Assembly: GCF_963676685.1 (NCBI RefSeq) | Contig: NC_092350.1 | Coordinates: 31,682,001 to 31,746,000, forward strand | Reading direction: 5' to 3' | Origin: Mytilus edulis | Taxonomy: Eukaryota | Length of the DNA: 64,000 nt | Part shown: positions 41,205 through 53,765 of the stretch, piece after piece | How the letters are laid out: each line of letters begins with the position of its first letter | Position numbering within the stretch: the stretch's first letter is position 1 | Notes under the pieces: generated by a model | The model's database searches: none | The model's input: only the letters and a program-made list of their open reading frames with translations | What the model was told of the DNA's origin: nothing | Translations under genes and position numbers: made by a program

Positions 41205-42912
41205 CAGACCAAAACACAAAAACTTAACATTGACCAATGAACCATGAAAATAAGGTCAGGATTAGAAGATGCTGCTAGACCACATAAACACAATCATTCC
41301 ATACACCAAATTTAGTTGACCTACTGCTTAAAAGACTGACCAAAACAATATTTAATCTAAGAAAAGGCACTTGAGTATAAAATTGTTCAATGTCAACTTT
41401 TCGAGATAACAAGATTGACATAGTTCAATTAGTGACAAACAGGTGAAATAAGTCCTTTTTTGTCAAGACAATCCATAGTAACAAATTATCCAGTGTTACT
41501 GTGTGTTGAAGAATAGAAACATGGGACACACATTGTACTTTGTCATTGATGTTGCAAACAAAATCTGAAGATATTGTGTTTTAACCTTATAAAAAAATCT
41601 TAGGAACTTATCCTTCTAAATATCCTTCTTTAACCTTCCCCTGGTGCCGAGGGGAAACATGTAATAATGGAAAATAGAAGTAAATAAAATAAAAATAAAA
41701 TTGTCTTTTTATTATTTAAAACCTTACCTTAGGTGCAAATGAAATATTTTGATTTTGGTGTAAATGAAAAATGGTTTGTATCCACCGAAAATAAATTGCC
41801 AATTGGCACAAATGCAAAGTCCCACACCAATATGCCGTGTTATTTTGGAGTAGACAGAATAAAGTGTACCAGAATACTTTACCTATCAAGTAAGTATATA
41901 CATGATATATATAGGAAAACCAACAACTTATCATAAGAGATAAATCTTTGCCTTCATTCTTGCCAAAATAAAGTCAAAATTGTCAAAATCAAATTTATGC
42001 ACACCATACATAATTTTGCCTAAAAAAATGCAAACATCAAAGTATCATTGACAGTTTAAAAAAGAAACTAAATATGATCTGGACAAACTTTATGTTAAAA
42101 ATCTACATAAATAAACCAGAACTAAAATGAGCACTGTTCTGAAAAGATAGATAATCAAATTGAAAAGATTACCATTTTATTTTTAAGAAAATTTAAACTG
42201 ACTAACCTTATTAGATTTAAAAGTCTTTGGTCTTTATGTCATAAATCCAGATTACTATTATAAATCATTTGACTTTTGAACATTGAGCAAATAGTATCGA
42301 TTTATAATCATGATAATAGAAGAATATGTAATATTGAATCTCGACTATTGCATTTCACTTAAATCACTTTGACTGATCAAGTGTACCTGATAGTAAAAGA
42401 AAAAACTCAAGGACATGTTTGCATTATATTACAGTATACAGTGCATCCATTTAAACCTTCTTTATTCATTTTATGTATGGCATGATTTAAACTTTATGGG
42501 TTTTAAACTACATACTCTAATACATGTTAGAGGTATGCATATGTTGTATCGGATGTATCCTTTCAACTCAATAATATAGATTCTATCTAAAACTAGACAC
42601 ATGTAAAGTGCATGTCATAAGACAGAAACCTGCCTTTATTCATATCTTGATATTTTTTTGTCCTTTGAGGATTTATGTGTTGGTTGCAGAGATCCTTATT
42701 TAATCTATGCTCAACTTTTCAATCTTAGGAAGATCTTGGGTTTGACATTTATCTCTAAATATTGATACTTTAAATTTTAGTGAGTTTATTTACTGTTAAA
42801 GTGTGTTCCATAGTGTGTGTGGACTTTTATGTGTTTGTACATCCTTGTTTCATACATAAAAATAAGGTCATTAACAAGAATTCCTTTTTACCCACTTCAT
42901 TTACATGTCTTT

Positions 42913-43696
42913 AATAGTTATCCCATAAGGACGCGGTGTGTCAGTGTAAGATCGTCCCGATGGCCGGAGGCCAGAGGGTGATCTTACACTGACACACCAA
43001 GTCCGAATGGGATAACTATTTTACATCCCAGCTGTTTTAGATTAGACGAAAAAAAAAACATTTACAATTCATAAAATCTAGTTTAGAACGCCACACAACC
43101 ATTATAATATACTTTATATATTACTATATGATGTATACCCTTTATGACCCCCTAACACGATGAGTAGATATCAAACAATGTCAACTCGCCCCACTGGCCA
43201 ATCGGCCCACACTATATCGCCACTTTATGAAAAAATCGCCGCTCTTGTAACCGAATCGCCAAACTTTAAAAAAAAGTAAAATCAAATTGAACAATCGGTC
43301 TGACAACTCATTTATTTAACGAAAAGGGTTTAAACCCAACTGAGTAAATGTCTGCCAACTCGCCCCAGTTATAAAAATATCTTACTTCCTTTAAGTATGT
43401 TAAATTTCTGATAGTTCGTATCCAGTCGTCCTGGTGAAGTGGTATGTGTCGTGGCTTGATATGCTAAAGGTCTTTAGTTCGAATCCCAGCATATACACTG
43501 GATTTTTTCTACGTGAATTTTGATAGATAGTCTTCTCCGTAAAGTTAATTATAAGTTTTATACTGGATTTGACATTCCCGCCAAATGTTTAAGAACAAAG
43601 GAAAGCATGCATAACAAAGAAACTTAAACTAGGGCGATCTGGTAGGGGTGATCCGGCTCAGATCAGCCCTGTTAGAACAATGGAGCTGGGATGTAA
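42913..43696. mobile_element. Unclassified element with a 108-bp terminal hairpin and short inverted repeats, containing a nested GAG-terminated element
   Basis: Hairpin 42913-43020; TTACATCCCAGCT 43021-43033 and its complement 43684-43696; nested segment 43162-43659 with (c/a)GAT flanks. Confidence 0.6.
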
Positions 43697-45919
43697 TTAT
43701 AAAAATAAGATGTAGTTTGATTGCCAATGAGACAACTCTCAAAAAAAAAAAAAATGACAAGGAAATTAACAACTATGTTTATTATGTCAATAAAAAGGGG
43801 TTCAAACAGAAGACTTAAATTTAGTGTGGAATCCATTTCGCTAAACTAGTATACATTATGGGTTAGGGTCCAGCTGAAGCCGTCCTCTAGGTGCAAGATT
43901 TTCTTGCTGGGTTGAAAACCCATTTGTGGCCTGGGGTTGTTTTTAGTTTTTTGTCAGGTTGTTGTCTCTTTGACTCTATTTTTTTTACAAACCAATGCAT
44001 CAAAATTAAAATGAAGACTGTTTTTACTCTGTATAATAATAATGGACATTTTGCCATTTCAGAAATATTGATATCCAAATGAACGTAATAATTATCTTAA
44101 AGATATGATGCATTTTATATTAAGATTTAATGTGAAAAAAAATATTTATTGTTATTTACAAGTGTAATCCAGGTATACATAAGTATAAGTAAACAATAAA
44201 TTCTCTCCTAATAGTTTTTCCAACAGAGTCCAAGTACATTTGGAAAAAAAATGTGAAGTTCAAAGCATTTAGATTATAATAAAAAGCACTGATTTATGAA
44301 ATTATTTCAAAACAATTAAGATATTCAGTATCGAAGCACTTACCATTTACAGTAATATCACCTGTGATATGGTATCAATCGATCTTAAGTAGGCCAATAT
44401 TTCGTGATTGGCAAATTAGTTAGTTCCCTATCAAAATTCTACATAATAGTTATATACTTTATATATAAAGGCAGGTTCAAGCTAGTAAAATAGGACAATT
44501 AAAAAGATGTGTATCTATCAGGTGTTGATCAAACATTTATAACACCTAACTCTTTGTCTTCTTTCAAGGACCATGAATTTTCAGAATACATATATTGTAC
44601 ATGCTTCTTGGTAGTGATTTAAATTTTTTATTTTTATTTCAGAAGAGTTGACTAAAAGATTAAAATTCAATATTCAAATGGGTTTTTTAGACACCCAAGG
44701 GTCAAATGACAAGCAAAAGATTTTAATGCAAAGTTTTAATTCATTTATGTAAATATTTAAATGCATATATACATTTTTGTATTCTTCATTTTTAACAAAC
44801 TCATGTATAACATATATACGAACTGTTATATTTATACAAAAGGTTAGACCATTCAAACATACATGTCATTTATTCTTTCCACAATAATAAGACTCTTGTA
44901 TTATATTGTAAATGACACAGGCATATTCTATCAAACTTAACTGTTTCTTAAAACCTTCAAATTGTTCACTTTACCAGTATACATGGTATACATTAAGATT
45001 TTTTGTAAAATCTTGACTATTGGATCTAGCAAAAATATGGACTTTTAAGACTAAGAGCCTGTGTGATCATGTGTTGCTCGCTGTAGTCTATGTGTATCTT
45101 CAACAATGGACACTCTCCAGAAGTGAGGACTAGAAAATAAATAATTCATGACAAAAATCTTTTTTCTTGATATTGTTTTGCTGAATTTTTGATTGTTTAC
45201 AGTTCCTGAATTATTTAAAGATCTTGTCTTACTGATCTTATTTGCTATTTGAATTGACTATCTATCGATTACAGTTTTCAAGATAATAGGCAAAAAACTA
45301 AAATTGGGTAATTGTATTTATAAATGGACAATATAAGCTAAGTTTTTAAAATGCTCCATTTAGGAATTTAGTTTAAGCTGTAATTGTTAGGAAACCTTTA
45401 ATCAAATTAATCTGCTTTTTTATAATATTTCTACAAGACTTAGTGGGATACAAATGGATATGTATGACAATTTTAAGTTTTTAAACATTTGTGACTTTAA
45501 GTGATTGGAAAGGGGAAGTAATTCATTTTTATTGACTCTGTTAGCATATAGAAATTAATATTGTTAATTTAGCAATTTTAGGACTGACTGATGTAGTGGA
45601 AATTAAAAGCAGAATAAATGGTTCAATTAAAAGGATAAAAGAATTACATTGTATATTACATGTATAATAAACTAAGGATTATTTATTGGGGCAAAATAGG
45701 ATAAATATATGAAATAAAACTGTGGCATATATAATTCGGCATAGTTTGTGGGATTGTAATTCTAAATGGTTGGGATATTATTTTAATTCAACTTGTGAAA
45801 TTTGTGTTTAGGATTGTTCTGAAAAGTAATTTTAAAAGAGGGGATTTTCATTAAACTATAGTTTGAGCTATTTCCCGAACAGAAAAGTCCATATATGGAG
45901 GAAATTGTTTTTTAATTAA

Positions 45920-46217
45920 CCCTTTCCTCCATAATGACACCTTTTGATGCCACCCCCTTTACTCCATAATGACGCCTTTTGACGCCTGTGTAGTACATCA
46001 GTTGAAACGCTTTGACTCCAAAATGTCTGCATCAGACTTTAAAAAAAATGTATGCAATACAAAAAAGGAGATTCATGAGAATATCTGACTTCAATTTCAT
46101 TGATGAAATATTCGTTTTCACAATGCATTAACACTTAAAACCTTATGATTTTTTTTTAATGAAAAAAATCCTATGCAAATCAAGTATGCTAAAAAAAAAA
46201 ATCCATGGAGGAAAGGG
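45920..46217. mobile_element. piggyBac-type MITE
   Basis: Perfect 13-bp TIR CCCTTTCCTCCAT with TTAA on both sides. Confidence 0.85.
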
Positions 46218-46566
46218 TTAAGTACATGTACATGCATATTTGGGAAAAGTTCAAATTATTACTGATGTAGATTCATAAATGTATTTAAGGAGAAAGCTAA
46301 TATAAATTTAATAATTTTGGTGATGCATCTTTTTATCTAGTCAACTGATGTGATGTTAAGGAGGAGGTAATTTTTCACTGTTTAGTATTGCTTTTTTGTA
46401 TGACTTTGATTGTTAGAATATTACTTTGAACTATTTATTAAACCAATTTGTATGGACCAAAATAATGAATAAACAATAAGATTAGGCATATCAAAGAACC
46501 CTATCATTTCAAGATAATTCAAACCCCATTCTACTTGGTCAGGAATAAGCAATTCAGACAAAGTTT

Positions 46567-48864
46567 AACTAGAGGCTCTTGGTCTATGTGCATATTAAAC
46601 AAAGTACACAGATGGAGGTTCCTATTAAAACCTTTATAACCCTCTTGCTGCCATTTGTTTTTCAAGGTTGCATTTTGTGTCCCATTTCCCGACGACACTC
46701 ACAAACTTGTTTTACGAACTTGAACACACCATGATTTTAAAAACGATCAAACACAGGTGTTTGTTACAAATTATTTGCCGGGTTTACTATCTATAAAAAC
46801 CCAGAAAAATTAGCAAGTCTTTGAAGTATTAATTATCACCCATTCAAACTAATAATTGTTAAGTCATTGTCAGCTTCTGTGTTTGGTTTTGTAATCCACT
46901 CTAGCAGTGTACTGTTAACCTTACAACTTTTGACAGGCCTTTTATTTAGCATAATAATTTCTCATTTTTCTTACCTTAACGTTTTATAATATTCAAATAG
47001 CTTCATCCAAGCTGGACATCGAGAAAGTGTATTTCTCCCGTCATATCAGCTTGGGGTTTGTTTTTCTATATGCTAACAGAGTCAATAAAAATGAATTACT
47101 TCCCCTTTCCCATCACCTAAAGTCACAAATGTTTAAAAACTTAAAATTTTCATACATATCCATTTGTATCCCACTTGTAGAAATATTATAAAAAAGCAGA
47201 TTAATTTGATTAAAGGTTTCCTAACAATTACAGCTTTAACTAAATTCCTAAATGGAGCATTTTAAAAACTTAGCTTATATTGTCCATTTATAAATACAAT
47301 TACCCAATTTTAGTTTTTTGCCTATTATCTTGAAAAGCTGACAATGACCATTTATTGTTGGTCCTACATGTTCTGCAACCCAGGGGGTTACTGACTATCC
47401 TTTTGCGTATAACTGTGCCGACAGCATTTGCCAAATCATACCCTGTCTGGAACATCACTTGTTAGTGCTAAGCATGAGCATGATGAGTACATCATTACAA
47501 GAGAAAACATCAATAGCATAATACAATGTATAAGAAAAACACAAACACAAAAAATTACAAACAAACCTGGGCCTCGACAGTTACTGAAAATTATCGAAAA
47601 TTACCCGTTAACCACAGCGCTATCCACAAATCCTGGGGAGAAAACTGGATTCATGACAAAATTGTGTTTTGGTGATGGTGATGTGTTTTTAGATCTTTAT
47701 GTACTGAAATTCTTGCTCCTTACAATTTTCTCTATCTATAATAAACTTGGCCCTTTCATTACAGAGGAAAATATTTTGTAAAAATTTACAAAAATTTACC
47801 AAATTAATGAAAATTGTTAAAAATTTACTATAAAGAGCAATAACTTCTTAAGGGGTCAATTGACCATTTTGGTCATGTTGACTTATTTGTAGATCTTACT
47901 TCGCTTAACATTATTGCTGATCACAGTTTATCTCTATCTATAATAGTATTCAAGATAATAACCAAAAATGGCAAAATTTCTTTAAAAATTACCAATTGGG
48001 GGACCGCAACCCAACAACCAGTTGTCCAGTTCATCTGAAAATTTCAGGGCAGATAGATATAAGCTTGATAAACAATTTAAATGCTTGTCAGATTTGCTTT
48101 AAATGCTTTGGTTTCAAAGTTGTAAGCCAAAATCTACATTTTACCCCAATGTTCTGTTTTTAGCCATGGTGGCCATCTTGGTTGGTTGGCCAGGTTACCG
48201 CACACATTTTTAAAACTAAATACCCCAATTGTGGCTTAGTTTGATCAAATTTGGCCCAGTAGTTTCAGAGGAGAAGATTTTTGTAGAAGATTACAAAAAT
48301 TTACGAAAAACTGGTAAAAAATGACTATAAAGGGCAATAACTCCTTAAGGGGTCAACTGACCATTTTAGTCATGTTGACTTATTTGTAGATCTTACTTTG
48401 CTGAACATTATGATGTGTACAGTTTATCTCTATCTAAAATAATATTCAAAATAATAACCTTCTTTTCTTAAAATTACCAATTTAGTGGCAGCAACCCAAC
48501 AACAGGTTCTCTGATTCATCTGAAAATTTTAGGCAGATAGATTTTGACCTGATAAACAATTTTACCCCCATGTCAGATTTGCTCTAAATACTTTGGTTTC
48601 TGAGATATAAGCCAAAATCTACATTTTACTCCTATGTTCTATTTTTAGCCGTGGCGGCCATCTTGGTTAGTTGGCCGAGTCACCGGACACATTTTATAAA
48701 CTAGATACCCCAATGATGATTGTGGCAAAGTTTAGTTGAATTTGACCCAGTAGTTTCAGAGAAGAAGATTTTTGTAAAAGTTAACAGATGACAATGACGA
48801 CGACGACGACAGACGCAAAGTGATGAGAAAAGCTCACTTGGCCCTTTGGGCCAGGTGAGCTAAT
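46567..48864 (+). mobile_element. HINE-like family B copy interrupted by a ~1-kb insertion (about 46617-47646)
   Basis: 5' end AACTAGAGGCTC...CACAGATGGA resumes at TGGATTCATGACAAAATTG near 47646; 3' hairpin near 48830-48862. Confidence 0.75.
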
Positions 48865-50464
48865 AAATTACTAGATTTTTACCCCCTTTTGGCCACTTAT
48901 TCCTAAGCAGATAATGACCATAACCCCTAAAGTCAATCCAACCAATCAAGTCATGAATTTTAACAGTCACAAAAATTGGTGGGGGTTCAAGAATAAAATG
49001 TAACACAAAATGTCTATAAGGTAGTGTCTATGGTATTATTAAGTAAAATACACTACTGACTATTACTGCATTTTATTTCTGTTAGGAAATAGGAAATGGG
49101 GTCATTAAGCAAAATCAGTGTCCCCTCTCTGAGAGTGTTTGTGGATGATGTTGCATTTTTTCTTACTACAATATACAAATGTAGTATTGTTGTACTTCAT
49201 GTGTAAATTTGTCAGACTAAACTCTTTCATCTTATATTCATTTATGAGCATGACATTGATGTGGAAAAATTCAACAGTGGAAACTGTACTAGTGGAAGAT
49301 GAAATAATGGCAAAAATAAGGACAAGAATAGAATTCATGACAAAAATCTCTGATCATTTTTTTCCATCTAAAGTTTCTATCTATCCTATTCATTTTACCC
49401 AAAGCACACAACAAAAATGAAAATTTAAGGGCAATCACTCCTATAAAGTGTCTACTTACAATTTCGTAAACTTTTTATTTTTATTAATAATTAGTAGGCC
49501 TTGTCTTGCTGCTCATTTTATTTTTTATCTATCTTTTATGGTTTTAAAGGTAAAGGCAAAAAGTAAAATAGTGGAAAAAATTGTTATTAAAAGGCTCCAA
49601 TATGGTAAAGTTTGAACTGTTTCCATTATTTTTTTTAATTTTCAAAAATTCAAATACTAGGCAGAGAAAAAAAGTTAGTAAAATTTACAACTGAAGGGCA
49701 ATAACTCCTATAAGAAATTATTTGACAATTTGGTTGAAATGAACTACAAATGGCGGAAGCCAAGTAATGAGAAAAGCTCACTTGGCCCCATTGGTCAATT
49801 ATGCCGATTGACCCCAGGTCTAATACGATAATATGACAGCTAGAACTTAACTGATAAAACATTGTGATTGCTTACCATTGTTGATATGCTTTTAGTTTTC
49901 AGAATGCTGCTGTCTATGTCAAATGATTACTTTGAGGTATGATTACAAGTTCAATTAGATATATATTTACTGTAACACTTGCATGCAAATCACAATTTAA
50001 AAAAATTGAATTCATATAAAATAATCTAAAAGTACCGTTATTCAGTGTTTAAAGTCAGAATGTAATTCAGAGACAGATCATAGGTCATTCAGAGAAAACA
50101 TTCAGCTCAATAATGTGGGGACAAAGTCCCAAATTTCTGTAGAAAAAAAACCAACAATTTTATTCTACTAATGAACTCTAAATCTTTTTTTTCAGACTTT
50201 TTTAAATCCCTGTAACTGCGCAGAAATCTACTTCCTTTTGCTGGTTTTGCTTTCATGAGACTTTGAAAAAAATATATATTTATCAGTCTAGTAAAATGTA
50301 GGAAGGAACTCTGTCTCAATACCAATTTATTTTAATAATTTTCCGATATAAAAAAAAAAAGTTACATGAACAGCTTTTCTTTGTTTACATTAAATATGAC
50401 GTCACAACTTAAATAACGTCACAACCCATTCTGCAAATTCTTGGTAGAATCCGCTACTCTTCTT

Positions 50465-51489
50465 CAGACCTGCCAACTTTTGAAAATCTCCCATGGAGAT
50501 TTAGCGCGCGACCAGATTTTTAAGGGTTACAATTTTAGCGACTTTTCTGTGTGCATTGTTTTTTACTCCTAAAATAGTCCAAGTTCTCTTTTTTTTTTCT
50601 TTTGGTATACTAATGATGAGCTTGTAGGCCTTGATTTCTTTTATTTGCATGATTCTTGTACTATTAAATTATAAAATTGACAAAATAACTGAAGAATATA
50701 GAAAAATGGCATTAAAAATAAAGGATTCAAAGTAGAGACCCCCCCCCCCCTTTTTCCCCCTCCAAAGACCTTCTTATCTTTGAACCTTGACTCAAAAGAC
50801 ATAAAACTACATGTCCTAAAGTTAGAAGGATGAATTAGTCTTACTTATGGTCTAATCAGTATCAATGAGAAAATGGATAAAATTTGAGTTATCTTTCTTT
50901 GTATTCAGAGGTGCTCTTACCGGCGGAGGCTTATACAGTAACACAGTAGAAGTGAATACAAAATGGCGTCGATTTTAAATCAACAGACACATGACGTCTG
51001 GTTTCAAAATTTAAACGGATTTTTAAGATAAACGATGTTTTCTTGAGAGTTCATTACAGTTCTCATCTTTCTATTTATTATGATTTTGTTGTGGAACTAC
51101 GGCAAATGTTGCAAATTGTGCTTGTATGATGAATTGATTAAAATTGAAAGGCTGTTTGACCAAATTTGTGTATACAAATTAATTTTGAGGACTGTTACGA
51201 CCCATTAGGTAATCTGATTACATACAACCACTAATTATGACACTTGTTGTGACTGTTGATTACTCAGATTAGCGTAGGGTCGTTAACTTGTCATAATATG
51301 TCCCCAGGTAAAATTATAGATTTTTTAAAATTGATCAGAAAAACTTCAAAATCGGTAAACAATAATTTTTTCGGGTATATTTGATGAAAATCGGGATTTT
51401 GACTTGTTTTACGATCCCGATATCGGGATTCGGGTTGAGGGATAAAAATCGGGATGATACCGCGAAAATCGGGATAGTTGGCAGGTCTG
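50465..51489. mobile_element. hAT-like non-autonomous element with a 6-bp TSD
   Basis: 14-bp TIR CAGACCTGCCAACT/AGTTGGCAGGTCTG; CTTCTT on both flanks; subterminal ATCGGGAT repeats. Confidence 0.75.
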
Positions 51490-51599
51490 CTTCTTCTATC
51501 CCTCGGCTGTAATATGGTATGCGATATGTGTCTACGCCTTACATTTCTTTGCCGGAAGCTGAACATTTACTGCTAGTGCTAATATTTTTAATACTTTAT

Positions 51600-52730
51600 A
51601 ATATTCCCCTGCTTTTCAGGAGATCAGTAATGGAAACCGACATATAAGCGATGAGGTTAGATGAGGTTACAGAATCGGCAGAGTTGAGACAAATGGTCAT
51701 AACCAAAATCCCTAGCCCTGCATGGACCTGGGTTTCCTTTGAAGGAGCCATCAATGAAAGCTATTGTTGTATTTATTTTTAGTTGATGTATTTTTTAATA
51801 GTCTTTTCCTGAAATGCTTGTTCCTCTGATCTAGACTTTAAACTTCCAAGATTTTTCCAATACTCTGGTTGCTGCTAACCCACAGATTTCAAATTGAGAC
51901 TCTATACCATCAGAATCAATCTCTGTTGACCTCTTCATGTCTTCAGACCAGTTGCAGACTGTAATACCATTCTTCCAATTGGTGAGATTATTTTTTCAGG
52001 TTCATTTATATTTTTCCAATCTTCAATTTTTGTTTTAAGGTTCATGTGGACCCTATGGCTAAAATGGCCGTATTTTCACCTCAAAATTTACTCGGAGTAC
52101 AGACAAACCTGCGCATCTGTAAAAAAATTCAGGCATAGCATGCCCTAGATAAATGAATTTTAAATATGTTTTATGTTTTAGAAAAGTAAAAACTTACCAG
52201 GATTTTGCCGTGCACTTTTTTTCATTTCTCCAGAAGGTGCCAAAATAAACTAAGTTGGGAAACAGGTTTGAGAACTTCCCCACAGGTAAAAATTAAAGTG
52301 AGCATTTTTAATTGACATGGACATTAGATGGACAATAGATACCCGACAATAATTGGTTATTTAAACTGTGTACCTGCTTGGACCATATCAAGGTAAACTC
52401 AACTGTTTGTTAATTTTATCGTCTTCTGCTGAGACGAAAAAAAGTGTACAGCAAAATCCAGTTAAGTTATGAATTTTCTAAATCATACAATGCATTTGAA
52501 TTCTAGTTATCTAGGGCATGCCATGCCTTAAAACTTTTCCAGATGCACAGGTTTGCCTGTACTCAGAGAAAATTTTGAGGTGAAAATACGGCCATTTTAG
52601 CCATAGGGTCCACATGAACCTTAATAGGATAGTGATTTTATATGATTTTGTTTTTGCAATTTGTCTTATACCAGTTTCTTCTTATAAAAACAGACAAAGC
52701 TTGAGCTCAGGGTAGCTCTATAACCGACGA
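51600..52730 (-). pseudogene. Decayed RNase H-encoding retroelement fragment (probably an I-group LINE)
   Basis: Minus strand 51765-51721 encodes IAFIDGSFKGNPGPC (RNase H DGS..GNPG motif); surrounded by stops and frameshifts; split by the TTAA element. Confidence 0.55.
52039..52620. mobile_element. Kolobok-type foldback MITE with long TIRs
   Basis: TTAA|GGTTCATGTGGACCCTATGGCTAAAATGGCCGTATTTTCACCTCAAAATTT, exact complement at the right end; inverted similarity continues for roughly 200 bp. Confidence 0.85.
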
Positions 52731-53049
52731 TCACATAAAAAAAATCATGCAGCATCATGAACTAAAGGTGATAAGGGATAAATCAGGCAGAAAATGTGAA
52801 GTGCTCGTATTTTTCATTAAATTACCTTTCTCGAATGCAGCCATCACGGAGGAAACTAATCTCATTTTAAAGAAAAATAGACGTTTGGAATTTTCGTCTC
52901 ATCTTTTGACTGAAAGGCCATTATTTTCTTTCTAAAATATTAAACAAATGTTTAGAATTCCAAACAGACGCCATTGCATAGATACTAGACCATTTGAGTC
53001 TCTAAAATAAAAGAGCTAGTATGAAACCTATGTACCAGCTCCGAACTCG

Positions 53050-53765
53050 TAACATAATAAGACATAAAAGCTTTATTTAGAGTCGGTATAAGCAAGCAAT
53101 TACAAACATAAGCTCTGGAGAGCTTTTAAAACCGACATAACAACAAATAAAACAAAACATACATATCGAGTCATGCACACAACATTAAACATATAAAGCA
53201 AGAGTTCAATCAGTATATAAACATGCAGCACAAAAGTTCTTTAAGCATCTTACAAGTTTAACACATACTGGTACATGCAATTGTGAGATAAAAACACAAA
53301 AGCACAAATGAAATGGTTTGCGCATAAAAAGCATAAAAGCACATTAAGTTTCTAAAATTAGCACAAAAGCAGCAGAAGCACTATAGTAAAGATATTAGAA
53401 TAAATTTGCCATGCTGAAAGTAAAGCAACAAAACAAAAAAATAATAAGCAGAGATTAACTGGTTTTGCAGGCAAAGCATTGGCATGAGCTGCCAGACCAA
53501 GAATTTATCAAGTTCTTGAATTGATTTAAAGATGATTGCTTGATGATTTGCAGAGTAGATCTTCATAACTTGCTGAATGGTCTTCGTAGATAAACCTTAG
53601 TGCTCTCTCTTGGATTTTCTCTATCCTATTTTGTATTTACCTCCCCACAAAAGTGCCAAACTAGTGGGCAGTAATTAAAGTTGGACATTATGAAAGAATA
53701 ATAAATTGTTAATTTTTCGAGTTTAGTCAGGTGTTTACCTATTCTAACAATATGTTGATTTTTTA
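53050..53765 (-). mobile_element. Decayed L2/Crack-group LINE 3' end
   Basis: Minus strand encodes RIGKHLTKLEKLTIYYSFIMSNFNYCPLVWHFCG / RIEKIQERALRFIYED with a frameshift; 3' UTR with AATAAA and a TATGT-type tail. Confidence 0.75.

Noticed and set aside
46975-47065. Minus-strand exon candidate MKLFEYYKTLR (AAG|GTAAGA), phase-compatible with the sirtuin
   Set aside because: It lies inside the insertion that splits a HINE and its acceptor comes from the inverted duplicate; more likely a transposon remnant.
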